Assembly: GCA_951406725.2 (NCBI GenBank)
Contig: OX597822.1
Location: 111,166,001 to 111,230,000 of the forward strand
Length of the DNA: 64,000 nucleotides
Source: Octopus vulgaris
Lineage: Eukaryota
Direction of reading: 5' to 3'
Shown here: in pieces, positions 39,358 through 52,897 of the stretch
Layout of the letters: each line of letters opens with the position of its first letter
Numbering within the stretch: the stretch's first letter is position 1
Made by a program: the position numbers and the translations under genes
The notes under the pieces: generated by a model
Told to the model about the DNA's origin: nothing
Database searches by the model: none
Seen by the model: only the letters and a program-made list of their open reading frames with translations

Positions 39358-40961
39358 TATATACATATATATTGATACGCACATACACACATATGTACAC
39401 ATATATACACACAAATATGTGTGTTTGTGAGTATGTGTGTATATGTGTGTTTGTCTGGGAGTGTTTGTGTGGAGTTAGAGGGATTGAAATTGAGTGAATA
39501 AAAGAGTGAGAGAGAGAGAGGTAGAGAGAAAGAAGGAGAGTGGAAACCTTTGTCTGTTGAACCTACGAATAATATATGAAAATATATAAACAATTGCAGG
39601 ACTTTCAGCTCAATGTTATCAGCAAATTTTATGAAAGCATGAAGATTCCTCGTATCACATATAGGTACATTGACTGAAGAATCTGGTTTAGTTAAGTTAT
39701 ATAGCATCAGTGATTGAAGATTAAATAAGGTACAATGCACAAAGCACAGAAGTATCTAAAACACGCAAAGATTCCGATCTGAGAGCTGCCATCATAGAAT
39801 TGATTCATGGTTTTTCACATAGAAATAATGAGCTCTTATACAGCGTACGAACAAAATACAATGGGCGAAACTCTTTAATTATCGTTGAAAGGTTATCTGA
39901 GCTATTACAGAATCGTTGTACAGGTAGAAATAAATTCACGATGGTTACTTGCAGAGATCAGAGATAAAAATCTCAAAAGCTTTAGAATTTCATGCTATTC
40001 TTTCTCTTGTTCGCTATCTACGTACTGTATGTTTCACTATATCTTTTCAACCACCTTCTGTTCTTCTCTTTCTCCTTTATGAAATGTACTGTCCCTGAAG
40101 ACTAACTGAGATATAATGTAAGGTCTTTAGCTGGTACAAGCCAACGAGGGAGCTGCTATAGTGTTTCTCAGTATGGAAGAAATAACAGCTGAATCTATCT
40201 CTCTCAAATGAAATACTTCTCTCTGGGGGAAAGGAGCAGACAGTGCAGTTTTACTTACCTTTCTAAAATGATAGAACGGCCATTTCTGTTAGTGAATTTG
40301 ATCTTAGATCTATACATTCATGGCAGGTTTTTAAATAATCCATCAAGAGTTTAAAAATACATTATAATTAATAGGATCTAAAAAGAATTAGAAATAATTG
40401 GATATATACTGGTCTTGAGACAAACATTAGCTATAGAAACGATTTATCTAGCGACACGCAATTCTCGATGTAGAGTAGAAAAAATTCTGAAGTAGCTAGT
40501 TTGAATAATTCAAGCAAAATTGTATAACAAAATTAGCCCAATAAAGTAATGAAAAGCTTAAACTTGATAAATTTGATGAAAAAGCAGTGCGATGTACCTT
40601 CAATAAGTTTATCAAAAGTTCGCTTTTGTCAGCAGATTATTGAAACACATGTTGATATGATTACGGCATTGCTCAAAGGGAGTTTAGGAAATTATAGAAA
40701 ACGGTGAAAGATTATGTCACGTAAACACAATCATCAACACAAAAATGAAAGCGATAATAATAATCTCCACCGTCTACAGGTTCAGGGACTGACATATTGG
40801 GGAAGGGTGTCTTTGATTACAACTCACGTGGCACTTAACTAGTACTATTTCATCGACCCCGAAAGGATGAACTGCAAAGTCGACTTCGGCGGTATTTGAA
40901 CGCAGAAAGCAAACACCTTGACAATACTGCTAAAATTTTGCACGTCACACTCACAATTTTA

Positions 40962-41033
40962 ATAATGATGATGATGATGATGATGATGATAATGATGATG
41001 AGGATGATAATGATGATGAGGATGATGATGATG

Positions 41034-41088
<55 letters not shown>

Positions 41089-41100
41089 TAATAATAATAA
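40962..41100. repeat. (GAT)n grading into (TAA)n
   Basis: Direct inspection. Confidence 0.95.
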
Positions 41101-41278
41101 ACATTATGGAATAACAACAGAAAAAAGATGGTATATGCACACACCAGAAAAGGTCACAGAAAACGAGAAAGCAACCATAATCTGAAATATGCCGATACAC
41201 ACAGATAGAGAAATTAAGGCCAACAGACCAGATATAGTTGTCAGAGATCATGAAGAAAAAATGCTTTCTAATTGATGT

Positions 41279-41280
<2 letters not shown>
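41101..41280 (+). pseudogene. R4/Dong RLE fragment of the same family as 42542-43970, opposite orientation
   Basis: HYGITTEKRWYMHTPEKVTENEKATII*NMPIHTDREIKANRPDIVVRDHEEK; flanked by (TAA)n and (TAG)n. Confidence 0.88.
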
Positions 41281-41363
<83 letters not shown>

Positions 41364-41411
41364 CGGCAGCAGCTGCAGCAGCAGGTGTAGTAGTAGTAAT
41401 GATCATAATCA

Positions 41412-41620
41412 TTTCTACTATAGATACAAGGTCTGAAATTTAGGGGAGGGGATAGACGATCACATCGACCCCAGTGTTTAAATGGTACTTCATTTCTCGA
41501 CCCCGAACGATGAAAGGCAAAGTCGACCTCAGTGGAATTTGAACTCAGAACGTCAAGGCGGACGAAACGGCGCTAAGTATTTCACCCGGTGTGCTAATGA
41601 TTCTGCCAGTTCTCCGCCTT
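41412..41620 (-). mobile_element. SINE family A (short-tail variant)
   Basis: Family core sequence. Confidence 0.8.
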
Positions 41621-41864
41621 AATTTAATAATCTATAATAATAAATGCCAAAACGAATTTCTGTGTGTGAGTGTGTCACACTTGAAACACCACTCTCACTA
41701 TTTAATGACACTTCTACTATTGCTCATGATGAGGTGAGAGTAAAAGCAGGCATAGAGACGATTGTAGCTTGACTGTTGTGATGGTAATGAGGTGATAGTA
41801 AGCGTATGAGCTGATAGTAATAGTATGAGCTGTAGTTGTGACGGAGGCGGTGGCGACGGTGATG

Positions 41865-41996
41865 ATAGTGGTGGTGGTGGTGGAGGTGGTAGTGGTGGTG
41901 GAGGTGGTGGTGGTGGTGGTGGTGGAGGTGTTGGTGGTGGTGGAGGTGGTGGTGTTGGTGGTGGTGGAGGTGGTGGTGGTGGTGGTGGTGGTGGTG
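41865..41996. repeat. (GGT)n G-rich repeat
   Basis: Direct inspection. Confidence 0.92.
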
Positions 41997-42479
41997 TTAG
42001 CTGAGGCAATCATGGATGATGGTGACAGTAAGCGATGTGGAAGACAGTGGTGATTGTGGTGGAGGGGAAGGTAGCGAAGTCAAAGGTATTGATAGTGGTG
42101 GCATCAGAAGTCTTAATGGTGTGTGTACGCCAGTTGTGGTGGCGATGGAAGCGGTACTTGCGATGGTGATGGCTGAAAACAATCAACAGAAAGAGAGATA
42201 GCGAGAAAGAGAGAGAGAGAGATAGAAAGAAGTTATACAGAAAAAATTGTACTGACCCCTGAATGGGAAGGGAAAAAATGTTGTTTAATATGAAGCTTTG
42301 CAATAAGTTCCAAGTAGACAAATTATGTCATTGTTTTGATGAAAATTGTTCATTGCTTGAAAAATATTGGTCAAGTTTAATAAGATATAATATATTCTCA
42401 ATACATGAAGTGTAATTGTTCCTCCCAAGGCCCAATGAAGAGCCCTCCACAGCAGCTAGCTTAAAAGCCTGCTTTTACG

Positions 42480-42541
<62 letters not shown>

Positions 42542-42544
<3 letters not shown>

Positions 42545-43970
42545 TAGTTTTATTTTTATAGCGTGCTTTCACTTCACTACCGAGCGCAGCTCTGTGTGCC
42601 TTGGGTATGTGCTGTGATTTGTTGTGATGCTCTGATGGTTATTGTATGGAAAGTGTTCTGCGTAGGATGTGTGCAGTGCCTAGTAGTGCAATTTTCTGTA
42701 TGTTATATGTGTTTGTAAGTCCTGGTGTTTTTGTTATGTATTTGTCTGAATATTTTTTTATCATGCCTAATGCACCTACTATGATAGGAATTGTTTCTGT
42801 TTTCAGGTTCCACATTCTAGTTACCTCTATTTGCAGGTCTTTGTATTTTGAGAGTTTCTCCATTTCTTTTAGAGACACGTTGTCATCTGCCGGTATTGAT
42901 ACATCAATTAGAAAGCATTTTTTTTTCTTCATGATCTCTGACAACTATATCTGGTCTGTTGGCCTTAATTTCTCTATCTGTGTGTATCGGCATATCCCAG
43001 AGTATGGTTGCCTTCTCGTTTTCTGTGACCTTTTCTGGTGTGTGCCTATACCATCTTTTTTCTGTTGTTATTCCATAATGTTGGCATAGCTTCCAATGTA
43101 TGTAGGTTCCAACTCTGTCGTGTCTGTGAATATATTCCTTCTTAGCCAGGACTGGGCAGCTAGAGATAATATGATTTATTGTTTCTTGTCCATCTCCACA
43201 TATTCTGCAGTTACTTGTAATATTTCTTTTCATTACATGTTCTTGGTAATTTCTGGTGGGGAGGCTTTGGTCTTGTGCTGCAATTAAAAATCCCTCTGTT
43301 TCTGCTTTGAGTCCTGAGCTTCTCAACCATTGCTGGGATTTTTCTTTGTCTATTTCTTTTGCGTTTAGTTTAGTGCAGTATTTACCATGAAGGGGTTTTT
43401 CTTGCCATCGTTTTATCATGGCTCGTTGCTGTTCTATTTTTAGTTTGGATTTCATTTGTTTTATAGCTTTTGTTGTTTCTTCATCATCTTCTTCTTCTTC
43501 TTCTTTGTGTTTATTAGGTGGTATGATTTCTTGTTTGTATTTGTCAGCTTCCTTAAATACTGAGAACCTTTTTTTTTTTTTGTTTTGCTCGTGTTTTGCT
43601 GCTATCTGGATCAGTTTTCCTTCCTTCTGAAGTAGGTATTTTTGCAGTCCTATGGTGGTTATTTTATAGTAGTTTTCCAGCTGTATAAGGCCTCTACCAC
43701 CTTCTATACGTTGTATATATAGTCTTTCTATGTCAGATTTTGGGTGATGCATCCTAGATCCTGTCAGTATTTTTCTTGTTTTCCTATCTATTTTGGACAG
43801 TTCATTTCGTGTCCAGTTAAGGATATTGTAGCTGTAACTTATAACTGGGACAGCTAAAGTGTTGATACCTATTATCTTGTTTTTAGCATTGAGCTCTGTT
43901 TTTAGTATTGATCTAACTCGTCTATAATATTCTTTTTTTATTTTCTCTTTCATTTGTGTGTGTTGTGTCT
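42542..43970 (-). mobile_element. 5'-truncated R4/Dong-clade non-LTR retrotransposon (RT C-terminal region, CCHC knuckle, restriction-like endonuclease, 3' UTR) inserted in (TAA)n
   Basis: HPKSDIERLYIQRIEGGRGL, AAQDQSLPTRNY, CRICGDGQETINHIISSC, RHDRV, NRPDIVV..IDVSIP..KLSKYKDL, PIIVGALG; single +1 frameshift in the A9 run at 42918-42926; stop at 42639; (TAA)n on both sides. Confidence 0.93.
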
Positions 43971-44094
43971 TATTATTATCATTATTATTATTATCATTAT
44001 TATTATTATTATTGTTATTATTATTACTATTATTATTATTATTATTATTAATATTATTATTATTATTATTATTGCTATTATTATTATTATTATT

Positions 44095-44170
<76 letters not shown>

Positions 44171-44177
44171 GTAATAA

Positions 44178-44356
44178 TCGGGATTTCCCAATCGAAACAG
44201 GTGCTAGAGAATAACAGACCGGACCTAGTGGTGGTGGATAAGATGTACAACATATGCCATATAGTCGATGTTGCATGCCACTTTAACCCACGAATAGTCG
44301 AGGAGGAAGGCGAAAAGATAGATAAATACAACCCACTTAAGCACAAAATAACCCAG

Positions 44357-44358
<2 letters not shown>
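44178..44358 (+). pseudogene. RLE fragment of a second, diverged R4/Dong-like family
   Basis: RDFPIET..QVLENNRPDLVVVDKMYNICHIVDVACHFNPRIVEEEGEKIDKYNPLK. Confidence 0.75.
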
Positions 44359-44407
<49 letters not shown>

Positions 44408-44410
<3 letters not shown>

Positions 44411-45177
44411 AGTAAATAATAGCTTTGATGGTTTTTAAAAAACCAACAATTATTTACGGGTAGATTTCGCCATGTAAATATAACCATTAACGGTAGGAAC
44501 TTTTATAAAAAAGTTCAATATATATTTTGTATATAAATAAAAGAGGCAGGCAACAGATTGCTTAGCCACATACCGAAAAAATTTGAAATAGCAGTCAAAG
44601 ACTGTTTATTTCTATTTTCTACAAATGATACTCCACATACGACATATCCCTGTAATTCACATATGCAAAACAGAAGGAAGAAATAACGAAAGCAAAGTCT
44701 AACGGTTATTTACGAACGCGTTTCTAGATTAGGAATATAATGTAATATAAATTCCATGCTTTTCATCAGCGTAAACCTCCACTAAAATAGATTTATCAAA
44801 TGCTACGTACCTCCACTTCTCGATCAGGCGACATCGAAATAGTGGAAGAAAGCAAGCATAGGCCAAACTTATATAGACGATTGAATCCGCAAATTTTCCC
44901 TCCAAAATTTTACCATGCGTATTACAAAAATAGTTCGTTAGAGATAGAAACTATGGCTTTTCGAAAGGGAGTAAAATTTCCAATTAATAATATGAGTAAA
45001 TAATAGATTTAATGGTTTTTAAAAAAACAACAATTATTTACGGGTATATTTCGGCATGTATGTGGAGTCTCTTTGTAGAAAATAGAAATAAACAGTCTTT
45101 GACTACTATTTCTAATTTTTCGGTATGTGGCTAAGCAACCCGTTGCCTGCCTTTTTTATTTATATACAAAAGATATA
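44408..45177. mobile_element. Penelope-like unit between (TA)n tracts with inverted (44521-44640 / 45058-45177) and direct (about 44410-44476 / 44994-45060) repeats and a hammerhead
   Basis: Repeats read directly. Confidence 0.7.
44709..44775 (-). ncRNA. Type-I hammerhead motif
   Basis: TTTACG-CTGATGA-(..GGAAT..ATTCC..)-GAAA-CGCG-TT-CGTAAA; 6-bp stem I. Confidence 0.68.
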
Positions 45178-45194
45178 TATATATATATACATAT

Positions 45195-45463
45195 ATCTAT
45201 AAAATAATATGTACAATTACTCAATAGTCAAGATAAAACTCTGAGTTTCAGGTGCCGAAGTGGAAATCCACAACACCATCTCTTCGGTTATCTGGCCATC
45301 TGAAAAAAGAGATGGTGTTGTGGATTTCCACTTAGGCATCTGAAACTCAGAGTTTTATCTTGACTATTGAGTAATTGTACATATTATTTTATAGATAAAT
45401 TTCCTCTATTTACATAATATTGAGGTCTCTTTCTTTCTTTTGTTATCTTACCGTTTTTACCAA
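45195..45463. mobile_element. About 90-bp-arm inverted repeat (45195-45396) plus tail; hammerhead-like motif at 45231-45293 (minus)
   Basis: AGATAA-CCGAAGA-(GGTGTTG..CGGCACC)-GAAA-CTCAGAG-TT-TTATCT; decayed relative at about 13600-13740. Confidence 0.7.
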
Positions 45464-45504
45464 TATATGTACATATATATATATATATATACATATAATT
45501 TTCT

Positions 45505-45830
45505 AATTCCGACTTGTTTAGCAAGTGTAAGATTGGTAGAATTGAGAGGTTCCTTATACACACACAAACGCGCTGGGCTGGCCATGTCATCAGTATGTGT
45601 GACAAAACAATACCTAAGGCGTTCATGTAAGCAAGCTTGAGAGTGGACACAGGAATGTTGGTCGCTCATGGGTCAGATATAAGGATAAGCCGAATAGTAA
45701 GCTAAATGGTGAAGATAGCTCACACCATCTTTGCGCGAACAGACTTGGTACGAACAAAATGGAGGTCATTGTGCCAAAATAGTATTAAAATCTTTGTTGC
45801 AACCCGTATTAACAGGCTTCGGAGTGCAAG
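45505..45830 (+). pseudogene. RTE-clade LINE ORF C-terminal fragment
   Basis: IERFLIHTQTRWAGHVISMCDKTIPKAFM*/SKLESGHRNVGRSWVRYKD../RTKWRSLCQNSIKIF. Confidence 0.8.
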
Positions 45831-45924
<94 letters not shown>

Positions 45925-46103
45925 AATTGTATTTGTTAGGGAATAAAAATTCCGGCATAACAGGGGTTCAAATTATTCTCAATGGAGAACTATATATATA
46001 TATTTCCATTTAGAGATAACGTGCAGTCAAGTTATAAAGTAGTAGGTATTTAAAATAAAAATTCTTTTCTATATGATGAGATAAAGGGTCCTACTATCTC
46101 TAA

Positions 46104-46153
<50 letters not shown>

Positions 46154-46174
46154 GTGAATGCACCCTGAAGACTA

Positions 46175-46345
46175 CAAGTTTTTTTCAGTTTCTCTGTTTA
46201 TTTTCTCTTATTCCTTTCTGTTGAAGAGCGTAGGCTCGAGATATAGAATACCTTTACATTTTTCCTGACCGTCAAACTAATACACTCGCTTGGTGTTCAT
46301 ACACCTGTCTTCGTCTTTTGTTTTTGCTATAAATTTCAACATATA
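46175..46345 (+). mobile_element. Decayed family D unit
   Basis: CTTT-CTGTTGAA-GAGCGTAGGCTC-GAGA. Confidence 0.65.
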
Positions 46346-46419
46346 TATTTATATATATGTTGAAATTTATATATTTATAGAACACATATATATTTATATA
46401 ACCCATATATTTATATGTG

Positions 46420-46637
46420 CGTGTGTGTGCGCCTATAATTCTGTGCTTGTTCCCACCCACCACGAGCACCTGACAATCGGTGTTGCTCTGCCGTCGTCCC
46501 TGTAAATTGCAGTTCGACAAAAACACACTGATAGCATAAGTACCAGCCTTTAAAAAATCCTCGTGTCGATTTTGGTTTTTGGTTAAAACCCTTCAAAGCA
46601 GTGCCCCGTCATGGCTGGTGTAAAGTGACTGAAAGAA

Positions 46638-46640
<3 letters not shown>
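46420..46640 (+). mobile_element. Decayed 3' half of SINE family B
   Basis: tgacaatcggtgttg...ataagtaccagc...catggct...tgactgaaa. Confidence 0.6.
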
Positions 46641-46697
<57 letters not shown>

Positions 46698-46860
46698 CAT
46701 ATATATATGTATGTATATATATATGTATATATATATACGTATATGTATATATATATATATATATGTGCATGTATGTATGTATATATATATATACATATAT
46801 ATCTATATATATATATATATATATATATATAGATATATATATAGATATAGATATAGATAT

Positions 46861-46913
<53 letters not shown>

Positions 46914-47647
46914 GTTGTTAATATTCAGTATACTTATTTAGCAATAACAATAACATCTAAAACAATGTTATCTCTCCCCACACAGGCTTTAGTGTTGTCA
47001 GATTTTGAATAGAGGGCGGATTATGCATTTCATACTTTCATATATGATAAACGTTATCATTATAGTAAATACAAATTTCGTATTGTATATAAATTCATTT
47101 CTTTCTTGTTCAAAAAAAAAAAAAGAAGTATATTCTTCACATTTCCATTCAACACAATACATTATAATTGCAACATCTTTTTTATTCGTTTTGCTACAAT
47201 TACCTTGGTATATACAGCTTATAATGTCTATTTTCCCTAACATTTTTTTCTTTTATAGACTTTCATATTTGATTGTGTTGTGTGTTTGACATTTTATTCC
47301 CTATTATGTGCGATGCAATTTTCCTCGCTACAGTTCATGAATTATATTGGCTGATTTCATCAATTCATATTTTTATAACATTAGTTATTTAAAATGTATC
47401 AAACCGCTATTTTCTTCTATAATATTTTCAATATTATTAGTGGTACGGAAATAAAGGGTAAATTGACGATGATGATGATGATGATAATGACGAAAAGGAG
47501 GGGTGGAAGAGGAGAGGGAAGAAGAGGAGGAGATGGTAGATAGATTTTTTTATATATATTCGTTGCAGAGCTCATCGTAAACGATGCCAATATAATAGCG
47601 AAGTATTCTTGAGTACAGAATGAAAATTCTGCGAGTTCTGGGTGCAA

Positions 47648-47771
<124 letters not shown>

Positions 47772-49758
47772 TATATATTAGATATAAATAAAAGAAAACC
47801 CGTTGAAGACATTGTATGTTTCAAATTCCAGCGATACAAGACACAAATTTCGAACTCCTTTCTCTGTATAGTACTTGATTCATCGCTCTCATAATACAAA
47901 TTCATGCAAATGTGTAAGCCGTTTTTATCTTTTAAAGACCAGGTGAAACCACTCTGGTTTGTACTTGAGATTGGAATTTAAATGTTCCTGATGATATTCT
48001 AAGCTTTTTCCTCATATCCCGCATGATGTGGATTGCGTGGTGGAATCCTCCGACATTTAATTATACACGGTACTTCGTCATGGAATTTCGAATTATTATA
48101 TAGGGTCATGAGATTGAGTTTTAATCATTGTTCTTTTAAGGATAGAAATAAAATGTATAGCGCAAGCCTGGGTGGCTTCATCTCGTCCTTAAAACATAGA
48201 AACACAAAACTCAATGCCCAAACGGAAAATAATTAGAAGGCCTTTACCATATAACATTGGGAGCACGAAATGTAATTTATGCTGTCGGGATAAATGAATG
48301 GACGTAAAGGACGGTGAGATAAGCGACAAATGACGATCGAATAAGGGCAAGAATAAGGGCAAGAAAAGTAAAGATATAGACGGATAGAAAAGAGGATGGC
48401 TAGGAAAATAGATAGACAAATAGAACGAAATGCGGTACAATGAGACAAACCTGGGGCTAAAACTGAACGCTAAGATGAGAGCCCAAGAGAGAATCACTGA
48501 ATAGATCAGGGGTGAAAATGGGAAAGGATGGGGGAAAAGAGAAATACGATGATCACGTGGTACCGGAAAGGGACAGGAAACAGAAAAAATCCTTTCACCG
48601 ATTTTGCATGCTAGCAGGATCTGGAACATTTTTCATTATTTTACTTCTACATCTTGTATTGTATATCGCATCTTAATTTTAGTAATTTAATACTTCATCA
48701 ATAAAAAAGAACACAATCTCACATTTACCAATCACGTGCATGCTATTAATAAAACATTGTCTAATAACAGGTAATTACGCAACTGCCGTGTGTACATTTG
48801 AATTATACCATTTACTTTCTATACGCGTTAAATTATTTTATTCTATTGAAATCATCGATTGTTGGATTGTTATGAATATTTCCTTTCCACACCATGAAGT
48901 GAAATCAATGAAGATCGCTATTTAGAAGAAGACAAGACATCTGATTAGAAAACTTTCATCGAACCCATTCAGCGCTTTCACTGAATCATTGAGAATGTTA
49001 ATGAGTTCTCATTCTCGACATTATATTCGTTATCGATGCATCTCCATCACCTACTCCAAGCATTAAGTGATGTATAAAGGAAATTACGTAAGCTTGCCCA
49101 TCTGTTATTTTGTAGTAATTTGTATTACTATAAACGGCCGATAAAATTTCCTCCTACATGACCCATTTTAGTATATTTTTTCTAATTTTCTGAGAGAATT
49201 CGATCTAGACGTATTAATTCCCTAGCCGGGAATTTACACTTAATTTGAGCATTCACTAAATCGCTTTTTGTCCGTTTTCCCTTGCCTGCACAATAATACA
49301 ATAATCATTATGGATAAACATGTTACTGGCATATACATTGCACAGTGTAATTTTACTGACAGAAGAATGCAACTGGTGATTCCGACAGCTTGACCAACGC
49401 ATAATTGCAATCAATTTCGTGTGAGGGAGGATGTGTAGTGTATTTGATAATCGTAACGGACCAACCACTAATTCATCTAAATGATTGTCAGGTTGCTCCG
49501 AGAGAATATTCTAGGAATCTCCAATTTCTCTCAATAATTCATATTTTCAATATTAGCATTGTATTAATTGGATTTTTAATAATATAAACGTGAAAGAATT
49601 TTTGACAAACATTCATGACATTTTACACAACAGGCTAGTGTTTATCCCGAGTCATTTTAATGTCAGCTGTAACAAAAGATGTAGAACATGAGGATGCTGT
49701 AAAGAATTAAAATTAAGAAAAAAAAAGATGTAGGATGGGAGAGCTTCATTGAGCAATA

Positions 49759-50018
49759 ATAATAAATAAATGCACTCTTTTAAAGCCTAGCCAGGCTCAT
49801 GGGCCCGGTTTCCCGTTTTCAATGGCGTATGTGTTCCCCAGCTGGACTGGACGCCAGTCCATCGCAGCGTTACTCATATTTGCCAGCTGAGTGGACTGGA
49901 GCAACGTGAAATGAGGTGTTTTGATCAAGAACACAACGTGTCGCCCGGTCCAGGAATCGAAACCACAATCTTACGATCATGATGCTGACACCCTAACCAC
50001 TAAACCAAGCGCCTCCAC
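49759..50018 (-). mobile_element. SINE with family C head and central part but a different tail
   Basis: 13-bp TSD TCATTGAGCAATA. Confidence 0.88.
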
Positions 50019-50156
50019 TCATTGAGCAATACACGGAACCAAAAATCCATTTATCGCATCTATAAGCCTTTTCGAACTATATCATCGTGCTGAGCATTCT
50101 CATTCACATTATCCTTATAATCCTCATCACTATCACCTCTATTATGAGGATGACAG

Positions 50157-50221
50157 TTACGAATCCCAATCATCATCGCCCTGCTTTATCTGGTTCTCCT
50201 CATCCCCACAATTTGGCGCTG
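50157..50221 (-). CDS. Candidate terminal micro-exon (xAPNCGDEENQIKQGDDDWDS*)
   Basis: Pyrimidine-rich acceptor TTTGTGTTTTGTTGCTACTGTTTCTATTACAG; the region may instead be decayed (GAT)n. Confidence 0.15.
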
Positions 50222-50797
50222 CTGTAATAGAAACAGTAGCAACAAAACACAAATATTTGAACTGTACACGGCACAGGGACATCCAGTAGCAGTTGAAGGT
50301 ATTGTTTCTCCTTTCATTACCTTCAACTTTCTTTCACACAAACAATTTGTGACAATCTATATTTGTTCACGGAATTATAACTCCTTTGTTGGGCATTGAC
50401 TGTAGCTGATAGCATTCTAGTGACAGTCTCGTAATCTGGTGTGAAGTATTTATATGAAATGTTAGTAACATAAAGTTCCTTCAAATGGTCACTTCAGGAT
50501 TCTGAGAGACTTTTAAGCGTAGAAACTTGGACAAGCGATTTTGTTCCTTTTGGTTCTTCAAAGATAAGCAATATATATCAGGGAATGATGATTTACGCAT
50601 TCAAAATCAATATCCACTATGCATGTTCGATTTGTCAGAGGAGGAAATATATAGTATGTGAATTTCGTTGGATGCGTAAATGATGTACTTGGGAGGCAAT
50701 AACTTAAATTTTTAGAAATAAGAAGATCTTATTAAAACATTATCTCATTTAAGAATTCATCAGTTAAGTTACTTTAAATTAAGAATATCAAACATAC

Positions 50798-51208
50798 CTA
50801 TTTCTTTACTACCCACAAGGGGCTAAACACACAGGACGCAAATAAGGACAGACAGACGAATTAAGTCGATTATATCGACCCCAGTGCGTAACTGGTACTT
50901 AATTTATCGACTCCGAAAGGATGAAAGGCAAAGTCGACCTCGGCGGAATTTGAACTCAGAACGTAAAGACTGACGAAATACCTATTTCTTTACTACCCAC
51001 AAGGGGCTAAACACGGAGAGGACAAACAAGGACAGACAAACGGATTAAGTCGACTACATCGACCCCAGTGCGTAACTGGTACTTCATTTATCGACCTCGA
51101 AAGGAAAAGTCGACCTCGGCGGGATTTGAACTCAGAACGTAACGGCAGACGAAATACGGCTACGCATTTCGCCTACGTGCAAACATTTCTGGCAGCTCGA
51201 CGCCTCAG
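50798..51208 (-). mobile_element. SINE family A tandem dimer within a single TSD
   Basis: 15-bp TSD GAATATCAAACATAC (50783-50797 and 51209-51223). Confidence 0.9.
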
Positions 51209-52521
51209 GAATATCAAACATACATTGTAGGTATAATGGTGATAGTATAAAACTAATTTCATTCATGCACCGCAGGATATTTTCGCTCAACTACTTGGGG
51301 TGTCATTTATTTTTTCTTTCGCTGCAAAGAATTGTATGCCTTTGATAAATTCCAACAGGCGACACCTACTCTTCATGCTCTAGGTTTTATTGCAACAGTG
51401 AGGATTCATGAATATCTAATGTAGGACAAATATCACTAATCAAAAAACATTAGTTGTAAATAAATTCTATAGGTATATCTCGATTCTACTGTAGACAAAA
51501 TGAAACAATAAAATGTTTTCGTCTCACTATAGAAAAAGGTATGTTGGACATTTCTTAAATAATTAAAGTCCTGTAGTATTAACTTATGAGACGCGACATT
51601 CGATGTATTTACAAGCTGGAATTTGCTAAAACAATAAAAATAGATGAAGTCTACAACTATTTCGTGATTGTTTGCGACCGGCGTGTTAGATTTACTTTCG
51701 ATTACATTAATAATTCATCCATTTACGTAAAACAAAACAAAAAAGAACACAGAAAATCCGATAAAATACCGCACATAATGACGAATTAAGGAGCGCTCTG
51801 CTATTGGAGAGTCACTGAATATTTAACCACCAAAAGAATCGTTTCCTGTTTTGCTCAATAGATTTTCTTTCTCACCAATCTTTCTATATCTATTTCTGTC
51901 TGTACCTGTAACCGTTCTGTTATTCTGTATTCCTGTCTTTGTCTCTCTCTCTATCTCTGTCTGTCCATGTTGTCGGTCCATCTCCCTGTTGGTTAATGTG
52001 TTTTTTCTCTCTCTGTCTCTTTGCCGGATTATTATATAATATTTGTAGACAACCCCTTTGATAACCCTGCAATGTTGGATTATACAGAAATTCTCGAATG
52101 CAAAAGGCAACAATTACTAGAATAAAATATCTCATTTGCTAAAAATAGTTTTATCGAAGACATAACGGTAGTATTTTCTGTTTTTTGTTTTGTTAAAACG
52201 ACTTTAGCATAAGTCCAACGCAGAACCATAGCCGATAAAACAAGATATTTTTACTACAAAAATATTCTGACAGGAAAATCTTTTCAAATTACACAATAGA
52301 AATAATGAAACATTTCATATTCTCTCAAACTACATTATATACGAAATTCAGTAAAGTGTTTGTCCTACTGTTTAGCAATACATGGCCATTTGTATTTGTG
52401 TGATTGTCGCACAAGTTCCAAAATACATGATCAAATAATAAACGCACACTAGCAAAAGTTAGCAGGCAATTACGCAGCAATTATCAATGTGCATTCACAA
52501 GCAAAGAGTCCATTCGATAAT

Positions 52522-52897
52522 TTTTGCTGGCACTCCGTCACTTACGACGACGAGGGTTCCAGTTGATCCGAATCAACGGAACAGCCAGCTCGTGAAATTA
52601 ACGTGCAAGTGGCCTGAGCACTCCACAGACACGTGTACTCTTAACGCAGTTCTCGAGGGAGATCCTGCATGATAAGCTTGGCCCTTTGAAATACAGGTAC
52701 AACAGAAACAGGATGTAAGAGTGAGAGAAAGTTGTAGTGAAAGAGCACAGCAGGGTTTACCACCACCCCTGCCGGATCTTTAGGTGTTTTTGCTCGATAA
52801 ACACTCACAACACTCGGTCTGGGAATCGAAACTGCGATCCTATGACCGCGAGTCCGCTGCCCTAACCACTGGGCCATTGCACCTCCACTTGATAATA
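52522..52897 (-). mobile_element. SINE family C variant (same type as 26405)
   Basis: TSD CATTCGATAAT. Confidence 0.88.

Noticed and set aside
42904-44487. 527-aa ORF as a real protein
   Set aside because: The N-terminal roughly 170 aa are (TA)n and (TAA)n read-through plus the antisense of another TE fragment; only the Dong part is genuine
47790-48080. Possible Penelope endonuclease remnant on the minus strand (STIQRKEFE)
   Set aside because: Motif match too weak
50154-50400. Plus-strand frame resembling a signal peptide followed by an FGF-like start (LRIPIIIALLYLVLL..IFELYTAQGHPVAVE)
   Set aside because: No start codon or good acceptor; the hydrophobic run derives from ATC-like repeats
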